The notes under the pieces: generated by a model
What the model saw: the letters and a program-made list of their open reading frames with translations, nothing else
Told to the model about the DNA's origin: nothing
Database searches by the model: none
Shown: piece after piece, positions 29,928-38,880 of the stretch
Position numbering within the stretch: the stretch's first letter is position 1
Layout: the number at the start of each line of letters is the position of its first letter
From: Dehalococcoidia bacterium
Lineage (GTDB): Bacteria > Chloroflexota > Dehalococcoidia > DSTF01 > JACRBR01
Reading direction: 5' to 3'
Length of the DNA: 64,000 nucleotides
Assembly: GCA_015478665.1 (NCBI GenBank)
Contig: JADMII010000006.1
Span: 56,862-120,861, forward strand
Made by a program: the position numbers and the translations under genes

Positions 29928-31280
29928 CTACATCGAAGCGCCGCCGCGCGCCGCCAGCACGTCGCCGTACAGCGCTTCGAGGCCGCGCACGTGCTGCTGC
30001 CACGTGAAGCGCTCGAGCACGCGCGCGCGGCCCGCCTCGCCGTAGGCACGGCAGCGCGCCGGATCGGCGAGCAGGGTTGCGATCGCGTCGGCGAGCGCGC
30101 GCGGGTCGGCGGCGGGGACGATGACGCCCGTCTCGCCGTCGGCGACGACCTCCGGCAGCGCGCCGGCGTCCGTCGCGACCACCGGCGTGCCCGACGCCAT
30201 CGCCTCGGCCGCGGGCAGGCCGAAGCCTTCGTACAGCGACGGCGACACGAGGACCTGCGCGCGTCGGTACCACGCTGCCAGGTCACCCTCGCTCACGCGG
30301 CCGACCACCGTCACCCAGTCTGCCAGACCGAGACGCGCGGCCTCCGATGTTACGAGGCGCGATGCAGCCGCCGGACCGCCGACGACATACAGGCGCGCGA
30401 GGCGGATCGCCGGCAGCAGCGCCAGCGCGCGCAGCAGATAGACGATGCCCTTGTTGTGATCCTCGGCGTTGCCGACGAAGAGCAGCGTGCCCCTCTGCCG
30501 CTCGTCGGCCGCACCGGGACGGAAGCGCTCGCTGTCGACGCCGTCGTAGATCGTGCGCACGGCGCCCGCCGGCAGGGACCACGTGCGCTCGATCAGCCCC
30601 GCCGAGGCGCGTGAGCCGGAGATCAGCGCATCGAGCCGGCGCGCGACGACGCGCTGCATCAGCCACGGGTACCAGACGATGCGCCGCACCTTCTCCGGCA
30701 GGCTGTTGACGTGACGCACGGCGTTGCGCGCGTCGACGTCGAGCGGGTGATGGACGTTCGCCACCACGGGCCGGCCGAGCAGCCCGCGCATCAGCAGCAG
30801 CCCGTAGCCGAGCGACTGATTGTCGTGGACGAGGTCGAACGGCCCCGACGCCGCCTCGATTGCGGCCAGGCAGCCGAGCGCGCGCAGCGTGAAGACGTTG
30901 ATCAGCGAAGCGAGGGTGAAGCGCGTGCTCGCGAACTCGAAGAAATCCAGCGGCTGCAGGTGCGCGAGCGGCGGCGCCGCGAGGAAGAAGCGTCGGCGGT
31001 CGAGGAGCATCGCCTGGAAGCTGCGCGTGGCGATGCGATGGTGGCGGACGGCGCCGTCCAGCTGCGGGTACGGCGGACCGGAGATCACGTGCACGTCGTG
31101 CCCGCGGCGCGCCAACTCGCGGGTGATGTTCGCCAGGTACACCCCCTGCCCGCCCGACTGCATCGACCCGTGGTACATCAGGAAGCAGATCTTGATGACG
31201 AACTCCTCGCAGCTGCGGGCAAGGACGGCGGGTAGCTCGCCGCGCTCACGCCGCCTCGGCGGCCGCGCCGGGCGCTGCAC
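29928..31280 (-). CDS. Family 4 (GT-B) glycosyltransferase, paralogue 2
   Basis: Begins 'KICFLMYHGSMQSGGQGVYL...' and carries 'SLYEGFGLPAAEAMASGTPVVATDAGALPEVV'. The only canonical in-frame start is GTG 31280, 6 nt after the SDR stop, so the N-terminus is uncertain. Confidence 0.8.
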   Translation of the reverse strand: MQRPARPPRRRERGELPAVLARSCEEFVIKICFLMYHGSMQSGGQGVYLANITRELARRGHDVHVISGPPYPQLDGAVRHHRIATRSFQAMLLDRRRFFLAAPPLAHLQPLDFFEFASTRFTLASLINVFTLRALGCLAAIEAASGPFDLVHDNQSLGYGLLLMRGLLGRPVVANVHHPLDVDARNAVRHVNSLPEKVRRIVWYPWLMQRVVARRLDALISGSRASAGLIERTWSLPAGAVRTIYDGVDSERFRPGAADERQRGTLLFVGNAEDHNKGIVYLLRALALLPAIRLARLYVVGGPAAASRLVTSEAARLGLADWVTVVGRVSEGDLAAWYRRAQVLVSPSLYEGFGLPAAEAMASGTPVVATDAGALPEVVADGETGVIVPAADPRALADAIATLLADPARCRAYGEAGRARVLERFTWQQHVRGLEALYGDVLAARGGASM

Positions 31281-31286
31281 TCGCCG

Positions 31287-32084
31287 CTAGCCGATGCGCG
31301 CGCTCTGGCCGCCGTCGACGGCGAGCAGCACGCCGGTGATGAATTTCGCCTCGTCGGACGCGAGGAAGAGCGCCGCAGCGGCGACGTCCCAGGCCGTGCC
31401 CATCTTCCCCAGCGGCACCTGCCGGTCGCGCTGCGCAATCAGCTGCTCGCGGTCGACGCCGCGCGCGGCGCTGATGCCCTCGATGGCCATCGGCGTGTTG
31501 ATCAGCCCGGGCAGGATGGCGTTGGCGCGGATCCCATAGCGCGCGTTGGCCAGCGCCAGCGTCTGGGTGAGCGCGTTGAGCGCCGCCTTCGACGTCTTGT
31601 ACGCGACCAGCCCCGTCGCCGCCGCGACCGACGCGATCGACGAGACGTTCGTGATCACGCCGCCGCCCTCCGCGCGCATCGCCGGCAGCGCGTGCTTGCA
31701 GGTCAGCAGTGGGCCTTCGAGGTTCACCCGGAAGATCCGCTCGAAGTGCTCGACCTCGGTGCCCGTGACGCCGGCGTCGTGGGCGCCGATGCCGACGTTG
31801 TTGTGCAGCACATCGATGCGCCCGTAGCGCTCGAGGCAGGTGGCGACGAGGCGCCGGCAGTCGTCCTCGCGCGTTATGTCCACCTCGATGCTGCTCGCAC
31901 GCCCGCCTTCCCCCTCGATCGCCGCCCGCGTCTCTTCGGCCGAAGCCAGATCACGGTCCGCGAGCAGCACCGTCGCGCCTTCGCGCGCGAAGGTGATCGC
32001 CGTCGCGCGGCCGTTGCCCACCGTCGCGCCGGGCGTCTGGCCGGCGCCGACGACGATCGCGATGTTGTTCTGCAGCCGGTGCAT
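31287..32084 (-). CDS. Short-chain dehydrogenase/reductase
   Basis: ATG at 32084. Contains 'IAIVVGAGQTPGATVGNGRA', 'NNVG' and 'YKTSKAA' (the catalytic YxxxK). Confidence 0.85.
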   Translation of the reverse strand: MHRLQNNIAIVVGAGQTPGATVGNGRATAITFAREGATVLLADRDLASAEETRAAIEGEGGRASSIEVDITREDDCRRLVATCLERYGRIDVLHNNVGIGAHDAGVTGTEVEHFERIFRVNLEGPLLTCKHALPAMRAEGGGVITNVSSIASVAAATGLVAYKTSKAALNALTQTLALANARYGIRANAILPGLINTPMAIEGISAARGVDREQLIAQRDRQVPLGKMGTAWDVAAAALFLASDEAKFITGVLLAVDGGQSARIG

Positions 32085-32332
32085 GGCCGGAGCGTATCCA
32101 CTCCCACGCGCCGGCGCACGCCCGAAGCGGCCGGGGCGTCGCGCAACGGTGCCTCCGGAGGCTACGCTCGAACGTCCACGACGCCAGCATCGGGCGCGGA
32201 GTGCGGCGGGGAAGGGCCGACGACGGCCCGCCGGTCTTCGTGCCCGCGGTAGCGGACAGCGGACGCAGCGCCGGGGAGGACGCCGGCGGTCGATTCGCCC
32301 CAACAGCCAGCGCCGGCGGGCGCCAGCCGGCG

Positions 32333-32602
32333 TTATGCGGCGGCTGCGTGCCGGAGCGGCTCGAGACCGCGCAGCTCGCAGGTGCGGTCTGCTCCCGGCG
32401 CAAAGCTCGTGCCGACGAAGCGCGCGCGCGCGGCACGTCCGTCGTTCAGGCTGAGCATCACCTCGCGGATGCCGCGCGCGAAGTACGCTGTCGCCACCGC
32501 GCCGGGCTGGTCGAGGTGCGCGAGCGTCGCCGTCCAGGCCTCCGCGGTGCCGCGGAGGGCGGCGACTCCGTGCGTGATGACGTCACCGTCGAGCGTGCTC
32601 AT
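32333..32602 (-). CDS. Hypothetical protein (about 89 aa)
   Basis: The internal ATG 32602 opens an ORF with strong third-position GC bias. No recognisable motif and no clear SD. Confidence 0.35.
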   Translation of the reverse strand: MSTLDGDVITHGVAALRGTAEAWTATLAHLDQPGAVATAYFARGIREVMLSLNDGRAARARFVGTSFAPGADRTCELRGLEPLRHAAAA

Positions 32603-32904
32603 GGTCGCCGCGCGCTGGGCGGCGACGGCGGGCAGCGGATGAGGCGGGCGGCCGTCGATGGCGGGTTGCAGGATCAGGGCCTCGTCGGTTCGGACTGCGG
32701 CTTCCGCAGGTGCCACGGCGTTCACCTCCAGCAGGAGGCTCGGCGCATCCGTGCGCCGGCGTCTCCGCTAAGCATCGGCAGCCGCGGCCGCGGAGATGCG
32801 TGCGTCCACCTCTAGCGGGCGAACATCGGGGCGCAGCCGCCGCGGAATCGGGGAATCGGCGGACGCAAGCTCGAAGCGCCGCGCGGGCGACCGTCGCAGC
32901 GGCG

Positions 32905-33795
32905 TCACATCGCCAGCTGGAGCTGGCCCACGGTCGCCGCCACCCGGCCGGACGGCATCAGGCCGTACTCGCGGCGCAGCGCATCGATCGTCCGGTGTAC
33001 CTCCTGGGTGTAGGAGCGGGGAGCGTAGGCGCCGCGATAGTACTGCGCATAGCGTTCGAGGAGGTGCGGATATGCCTCCCGCAGCGCCGGCATGAACCAC
33101 TCCTTCGTGCCCGGTTTCAGGTAGAGCACGTTGTCGTGCACGTATGATGCGCCATGCTCGCGCGCGGCGGCGACGACCGCCCGCAGGCCATTGGGGTCGT
33201 CGGTGAGGCCGGGAAGTACAGGCGCCAGCAGGACGCCGCAGCGGATGCCGCCCTCGCTGAGGAGACGCATCGCCTCAAGACGCTTCTGCGGCTTCGCTGT
33301 CGCGGGCTCCGTCCGCTTCCAGACCGTCTCGTCGAGCGTCGCGATGCTGAAGTTGACGTGGACGTCGGCCACGCGCGTCAGCGCCTCGAGCAGGTCCGCG
33401 TCGCGGACGACGTGCGGTGACTTCGTCGTGATGCTGACGGGATTGGCGAAGTCGCCGAGCACGCGGAGGATGCGGTGGGTGAGCGAGTACTTCAACTCCG
33501 CCTGCTGGTAGGGGTCGCAGGCGGTGCCCACGGCGATCATCTCGCCTCGCCAGCCGGGGCGCGAGAGGTCCTGCCGCAGCGCGTCCGCAGCATTCACCTT
33601 GACGATGATCCGCGTCTCGAAGTCGCGCCCGGTGTCGTACCCGAGGTATGCGTGCGTGGCGCGCGCGAAGCAGTAGGTGCAGGCGTGCTGGCAGCCACGA
33701 TACGGGTTCAGCGTCCAGCGAAAGGGCAGGTTGTGCACATTGACGCGATTGAGCGCCGTCTTGCAGGCGATCTCTTCGAAGATGACGTCTGGCAT
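32905..33795 (-). CDS. Radical SAM protein (SplB/COG1533, Rv2578c-like)
   Basis: Contains the CxxxCxxC cluster 'RGCQHACTYCFAR'. Its length of 296 aa and overall pattern fit the DNA photolyase-like radical SAM family. Confidence 0.85.
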   Translation of the reverse strand: MPDVIFEEIACKTALNRVNVHNLPFRWTLNPYRGCQHACTYCFARATHAYLGYDTGRDFETRIIVKVNAADALRQDLSRPGWRGEMIAVGTACDPYQQAELKYSLTHRILRVLGDFANPVSITTKSPHVVRDADLLEALTRVADVHVNFSIATLDETVWKRTEPATAKPQKRLEAMRLLSEGGIRCGVLLAPVLPGLTDDPNGLRAVVAAAREHGASYVHDNVLYLKPGTKEWFMPALREAYPHLLERYAQYYRGAYAPRSYTQEVHRTIDALRREYGLMPSGRVAATVGQLQLAM

Positions 33796-33949
33796 CGCTC
33801 ACACTCCCGGCCGGGTTCCCGATACGGCGCAGGATAGGGAGTAGAACATATGTTTGTCAAGTCCCCGCTTCAGCAGTGCATTCGCGGCCGCGATTGCCGC
33901 TCCTCCTGCGCGATGGCGCGCCGGATCCCAACCGGCATACTGTACGGAG

Positions 33950-34687
33950 ATGCTCCGCTCGCCCACCCACCTCACGCTGCGCGCCGTCGTCCTCGCCGCC
34001 GGCGACGGCGACCGCATGGGCGCGCACACCGCCGCGCTGCCGAAGCCGCTGCTGCCGCTCGCCGGCCGGCCGATCATCGAGTACGTGCTCGGTGGCCTGT
34101 TCGCCGCCGGCGTCCACGAGACGACGATCGTCGTCGGCTATCGCGCGGACCAGCTGCGGGATGCGCTGGGAGCGCACTCGCGCGAGGGCTTGAAGCTGCG
34201 CTTCGTCGAGAACGAGGCGTACGCGGCGGGGAACGCACGCTCGCTCTGGACGGCGCGGCACGGGATGGAGGACGGCTTCCTGCTGGCGATGGGCGACCAT
34301 CTCGTCGCGCCCGGCATCACGCGGGCGGTGATCGCTGGAGCCGACGGGCGCTGCCGGCTGGCAGTCGATCGCGCCGGCCCCGGTGACCCGCGCGCCGGGG
34401 AGGCGACGCGCGTGCGGGTGCGCGACGGCCGTGTGGTCGAGATCGGCAAGTCCTTGCGCGAGTGGGACGCGCTCGACAGCGGCACGTTCTGGTGTACCCC
34501 GGACATCTTCGAGGCGATCGACGCGCGTGGTCGCGACGGCGAGCTCGCCGACGCCTTTGCGACCATCGCGCGTGCCGGCGCGCTCGACGCCGTGGACGTC
34601 AGCGGCCAACGCTGGGTCGACATCGACACGCCCGCGGATCTGCGGCGCGCGGAAGCGATGCTGGAAGCAGATGGCCGGTTCGCTTGA
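33950..34687 (+). CDS. Sugar/inositol-phosphate nucleotidyl(cytidylyl)transferase
   Basis: Contains 'LRAVVLAAGDGDRMG...LPKPLLPLAGRPIIEYVL', an NTP_transferase fold signature. The start is uncertain. The 3' end overlaps the next gene by 17 nt. Confidence 0.75.
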   Translation: MLRSPTHLTLRAVVLAAGDGDRMGAHTAALPKPLLPLAGRPIIEYVLGGLFAAGVHETTIVVGYRADQLRDALGAHSREGLKLRFVENEAYAAGNARSLWTARHGMEDGFLLAMGDHLVAPGITRAVIAGADGRCRLAVDRAGPGDPRAGEATRVRVRDGRVVEIGKSLREWDALDSGTFWCTPDIFEAIDARGRDGELADAFATIARAGALDAVDVSGQRWVDIDTPADLRRAEAMLEADGRFA

Positions 34688-35306
34688 CGGGCCGGTTTCG
34701 CGCCACCTGAACCGGCGCATCTCGCGCCCGCTGGCCGCGGTTCTCCGCCCGATGCCGATCACCCCGAACGAGGTCTCGATCGTGGCGCTGGCGCTGGCGC
34801 TCGCCGCCGCCGCGCTGATCGCCGCCGATGCGCCGATCGCCGGTGGCGTCCTCGTCCAGGTGTCGTCGGTCGTCGATGGCGTCGACGGCGATCTGGCGCG
34901 CGCCAAGTCGATGACGAGCCGCTTCGGCGCCCTCTTCGACAGCGTGCTCGACCGCTATGCCGATGTCGCGATCGCCGCCGGCATGGCATGGCACGCATAC
35001 CGGCAGGATTCGCTGCCGCAGCCGCTGCTCGTCGGCATGGCGGCGGCCGTCGGCATGCTGATGGTGTCGTATTCGCGTGCCCGGCTGGAGGCTGCCGGCG
35101 GGCGGGACGCGGCGGCGGCGCTGCTCGGGCTCGCCTCGCGCGACGTGCGGCTGCTGCTGCTGGCGATCGGCGCGGCTGTCGGCGAGGCGTATTGGGCCCT
35201 GGTGGTGGTCGCCGGCATGAGCTACGTGACGCTCTGCTGGCGCATGTGGGGCTTCTGGCGGCCCTCCGCGTCGGCATGGGGGGTACATCCCCGAAATCGC
35301 GCGTGA
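34671..35306 (+). CDS. CDP-alcohol phosphatidyltransferase family membrane protein
   Basis: The sequence 'DGVDGDLARAKSMTSRFGALFDSVLDRYAD' is an exact match to the family motif D(x)2DG(x)2AR(x)8G(x)3D(x)3D. The protein has multiple TM segments. Confidence 0.85.
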   Translation: MAGSLDGPVSRHLNRRISRPLAAVLRPMPITPNEVSIVALALALAAAALIAADAPIAGGVLVQVSSVVDGVDGDLARAKSMTSRFGALFDSVLDRYADVAIAAGMAWHAYRQDSLPQPLLVGMAAAVGMLMVSYSRARLEAAGGRDAAAALLGLASRDVRLLLLAIGAAVGEAYWALVVVAGMSYVTLCWRMWGFWRPSASAWGVHPRNRA

Positions 35307-35345
35307 TATCATGCGCGCAACCACACGAGAGGAGCGTCCTGAGCC

Positions 35346-35699
35346 GTGCTTGACCTTCCGTCGCTGTTGTTCGTCGGCGCCTTTCGCGACTGGGTGATCA
35401 TCGTCACCGGGATCATCATCGGCGCCTTCTTCTTCGTCCTCCTCATCCTCACGGTGGTGCTGGGGCTGCTCGCGAAGGCGCTGCTCGGCAAGGTGTCGTC
35501 CCTGCTCGATGAGAGCGTGAAGCCGCTGATGGGCACGGCCCAGCAGACCGCGGACCGCGTCAAGGGCACGACGAGCTTCCTCTCCGGCGCCGCCGTGACG
35601 CCGGTCGTCCGCACGTACGGCGTCGTCGCCGGCGTCCGTCGCGCCGTCGGCGTCATCGCCGGCCTGACCGGCGCCGGCGGTCCGCCGCCGAAGCGCTGA
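35346..35699 (+). CDS. Small membrane protein (DUF948-like by eye)
   Basis: GTG follows AGAGGAG. It has an N-terminal TM segment 'VIIVTGIIIGAFFFVLLILTVVLGLL' followed by a helical soluble part. Confidence 0.5.
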   Translation: MLDLPSLLFVGAFRDWVIIVTGIIIGAFFFVLLILTVVLGLLAKALLGKVSSLLDESVKPLMGTAQQTADRVKGTTSFLSGAAVTPVVRTYGVVAGVRRAVGVIAGLTGAGGPPPKR

Positions 35700-35740
35700 G
35701 CCACCATCGCCACGTGCGTGCATCATCCAGGGAGGGTGTC

Positions 35741-36349
35741 ATGAACGAGCAGGAAGCGGACGTCCTCGTCGCCGGGCGCGACGACGCCGACGACGAGAAG
35801 CCGAAGCGCGGCTGGTTCGGCCGCGGCCGCAAGAAGCAGCACGACGACGACGATGCCGCCGAGCACGAGATCGAATTCATGACGCCGTTCGGCAAGCTCG
35901 AGCTCGAGCTGGAGCCGACGGCGAAGAAGCAGGAACGCGACCGCAAGAAGCGCGAGAAGGCCGAGCGTCAGGCGGCGAAGGCGGAGGCCGAGGCAGCGAG
36001 GCGCGCCGAACAGGAGGCCGCGCACGCACGCGCCGGCACGCGCGCGCAGGAGGTCGTCGTCAAGGGCGGTGGTGGCATGGGCAAGCTGCTCGTCATCCTC
36101 GCCGTGTTCGGGCTGATCGCCGCCGCCGCCGGAGTCGCCGTCTGGCTGTTCGCGCGCGAGCCCGCGGAGCTCGAGCGCGTGCCGCCGGAGTATCGCGCCG
36201 TCGAGCTCGCAGACGAGCCGGAGCCGCAGGGCTTGATGGCGAAGGTGCGCCACCGCCTGCGCCGCGCGCTGCGCGAGGGGCAGCGGGCGTCGCGCGACGC
36301 GCAAATCGAGCAGCAGCAGCGGTACGAAGGGCTGACGCGCGGCACCTAG
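35741..36349 (+). CDS. Hypothetical protein: highly charged N-terminal region plus a single TM segment
   Basis: ATG follows AGGGAGG. It has a Lys/Glu/Arg/Asp-rich coiled region, then 'LLVILAVFGLIAAAAGVAVWLF'. Confidence 0.5.
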   Translation: MNEQEADVLVAGRDDADDEKPKRGWFGRGRKKQHDDDDAAEHEIEFMTPFGKLELELEPTAKKQERDRKKREKAERQAAKAEAEAARRAEQEAAHARAGTRAQEVVVKGGGGMGKLLVILAVFGLIAAAAGVAVWLFAREPAELERVPPEYRAVELADEPEPQGLMAKVRHRLRRALREGQRASRDAQIEQQQRYEGLTRGT

Positions 36350-36454
36350 GCGCGCGCCGGCGCAGATACGGATCTTCCGCCTGCCAGCCGCGCCCACGAG
36401 ACGGCCGGACGCCCGCGTCAGCCCATCTCCACCCTGCAGGAGGAAGGTCGCGAC

Positions 36455-37126
36455 GTGCGACGCGTGGTATCAGACCTGGACGCGCGACGACTGCTCGGCG
36501 GCGGGCCGGTCGTCTTGGTGTCGACATCGTGGCATGGCAATCAGGACGTCATGCCGGCGGCGTTTGTGACGCCGCTCAGCATGGATCCGCCGCTGATCGG
36601 CGTCGCCGTCCACCCCTCGCGCCACAGCCACGACATGATCAAGTTCAGCGAGGAGTTCGCCCTGAGCGTCCCGACGCGCGCCTTGCTGCACCATGTGCAG
36701 TACCTGGGGAGCGTCAGCGGCATCGACCTGGCGAAGCTGGAGTTGACGCGCCTGCCGACGTTCCGCGGCCGGCGCATCGATGCGCCGCTGCTCGAAGGCT
36801 GCATCGGCTGGATCGAGTGCGGCGTCCACGACGCCTACACGATCGGCGACCACACGCTGTTCGTCGGCAAGGTCATCGCCGCGCAGGCGGAGGGCGACGC
36901 CTTCGACGAGACGTGGCTGCTGCACGACGCCGAAGAGGCGCCGTTGCAGTATCTCGGCCTCAACTTCTACGCCGTCCCCGCCGCGCGGCTGGAAGCGCGC
37001 ATCCCGCAGCCGGCCGACGTCAAGCGTGACGTCGAGGCCGGCGAGGCACAGGTCGGCGACGCCACGGAGGCCGAGCAGCGCCGAGAGGCGACGGAGCGGG
37101 AGCGAGAGGACCGGCAGCGCGGATAA
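36455..37126 (+). CDS. Flavin reductase-like (FMN-binding split-barrel) protein
   Basis: GTG follows AGGAGGAAGG. Contains 'PVVLVSTSWHGNQDVMPAAFVTPLSMDPPLIGVAV' and 'GDHTLFVGKV'. Confidence 0.8.
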   Translation: MRRVVSDLDARRLLGGGPVVLVSTSWHGNQDVMPAAFVTPLSMDPPLIGVAVHPSRHSHDMIKFSEEFALSVPTRALLHHVQYLGSVSGIDLAKLELTRLPTFRGRRIDAPLLEGCIGWIECGVHDAYTIGDHTLFVGKVIAAQAEGDAFDETWLLHDAEEAPLQYLGLNFYAVPAARLEARIPQPADVKRDVEAGEAQVGDATEAEQRREATEREREDRQRG

Positions 37127-37325
37127 AAGCCGCCCCGGCGCTGGCGCCACCGCTTCCGGACGCCCCGCGAACGCGCATCAGACCCGGCCCTTGTGCCAGT
37201 GCTCGCGTCGCAAACGCGGATCGAATTTCCAACATCTGGGCAAGGCTGCGCTCCATCGCTGGACGGGGCCGTCCGGCAGGCGTCACACTGATCGTGAAAT
37301 CGTGCACGAATGGAAGGATGAGGCG

Positions 37326-38681
37326 ATGAGTATCCAGACGCAGCACGAACGGACGCTTCTCCTCACTGGTGAGCCTGTGACGTCGCTGGCGCAGTACCGC
37401 GCGCTCGGCGGCCTCGAGGCCTACGAGCAGGCGAGGCGGATGGATCCCGAAGATGTGATCGAGCTGCTGCGCGTCGCCGGACTGCGCGGCCGCGGCGGCG
37501 CCGGATTTCCGACGGCGCTGAAGTGGAAGGGCCTGCGCGACGCCGAGGCCGCTCGCAAGTTCGTCTGCTGCAACGGCGCCGAGGGTGAGCCGGGCACCTT
37601 CAAGGACCGCTTCCTTCTGCAGCACAACCCGTACCAGACGCTCGAGGGGCTGGCCATCGCCGCCCATATCATCGGCGCCGAAGCGGCCTTCTTCTGCGTC
37701 AAGCGCATCTTCGAGCCGATGCTCCCCGGCCTGCCGCGCGCGCTCGCCGAGTTGCAGGCGGAAACGGACGTGGCGGACAACATCGAGATCGTCTGGGGCC
37801 CGGACGAGTATCTCTTCGGCGAGGAGAAGGCATTGTGCTCGGTCGTCGAAGGCGGCCTGCCGCTGCCGCGCGTCCTGCCTCCGTACATGCACGGTCTGTT
37901 TGCCGGCGCCTACGGCGGACCGGACGGCAACCCAACAGACGTCAACAACGTCGAGACGCTGTCGCATGTGCCGCACATCATCGCCCAAGGTCCCGGCTGG
38001 TTCCGGTCGTACGGCAACGCCGACACGCCGGGCACGATGATCTTCACCGTCCTCGGCGACGTCAGGCGGCCTGTCGTCCGCGAGTTGCCGCTCGGCCTGA
38101 CGCTGCGCAGCTTGATCGACGACATCGCCGGCGGCGTCGCGCCCGACCGCGGGGTGAAGGCGGTCTTCCCCGGTTTGGCGAACGCCGTCATCACGCCGGA
38201 CAAGCTCGATTCCGTGCTGGCGTTCGATTCGATGCGGAACGCCGGCTCGGCGCTCGGCTCCGGCGGCTTCATCGTCTACGACGACAGCGTCTGCATGGTG
38301 AAGGTCGCCGAGCGCTTCGTGCACTTCCTGTACGTCGAGTCCTGCAACCAGTGCCCACCCTGCAAGCTGGGCTCGCGCAAGATCACGCGCTGGCTCGAGC
38401 AGCTGCTGGCGGGGGACGCCACCGAGCACGACGTCGAGGAGATGAAGGAAGTGGCGACCTGGGTGACGAATGGCGGCCGCTGCTACCTGCCGACGTCCAC
38501 GTCGCTCGTCACGTCGAGCATCCTCGCGTCGTACCCGGACGACTTCCAGGCGCACCTCGACGGCCGCTGTCAGCTCCGCCACGACATCGTGATCCCGAAG
38601 ATCAAGGACTACGACGAGCGACTGGGGTTCACGCTCGACAGCGACTACGACCGCAAGCAGCCCGACTGGAGCTATCTCTAA
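37326..38681 (+). CDS. NuoF-like NADH dehydrogenase flavoprotein (51 kDa subunit family), stand-alone
   Basis: Contains 'GLRGRGGAGFPTALKW', 'CNGAEGEPGTFKDRFLL' and the 4Fe-4S motif 'ESCNQCPPCKLG...GRCYL'. The tracked ORF 36780..38681 is over-extended at the N-terminus. Confidence 0.85.
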   Translation: MSIQTQHERTLLLTGEPVTSLAQYRALGGLEAYEQARRMDPEDVIELLRVAGLRGRGGAGFPTALKWKGLRDAEAARKFVCCNGAEGEPGTFKDRFLLQHNPYQTLEGLAIAAHIIGAEAAFFCVKRIFEPMLPGLPRALAELQAETDVADNIEIVWGPDEYLFGEEKALCSVVEGGLPLPRVLPPYMHGLFAGAYGGPDGNPTDVNNVETLSHVPHIIAQGPGWFRSYGNADTPGTMIFTVLGDVRRPVVRELPLGLTLRSLIDDIAGGVAPDRGVKAVFPGLANAVITPDKLDSVLAFDSMRNAGSALGSGGFIVYDDSVCMVKVAERFVHFLYVESCNQCPPCKLGSRKITRWLEQLLAGDATEHDVEEMKEVATWVTNGGRCYLPTSTSLVTSSILASYPDDFQAHLDGRCQLRHDIVIPKIKDYDERLGFTLDSDYDRKQPDWSYL

Positions 38682-38880
38682 TCGCGCGGAGTCGACCGCC
38701 TGCGTCGGCGCGCCCATCCAACCCTCGTTCGCGTCAATGCCGGCCTGCCGCACGGGCATGCTACTCGCCGCGCTGCTGGCTCTGCACGAGAGCGACAGAT
38801 CAATCGCGCGCGGCGTTACCGGCTGGCAACGTCCACCATGCCACACTCTTGTAACCAACGCAGAACGCAGGAGGTGACGC

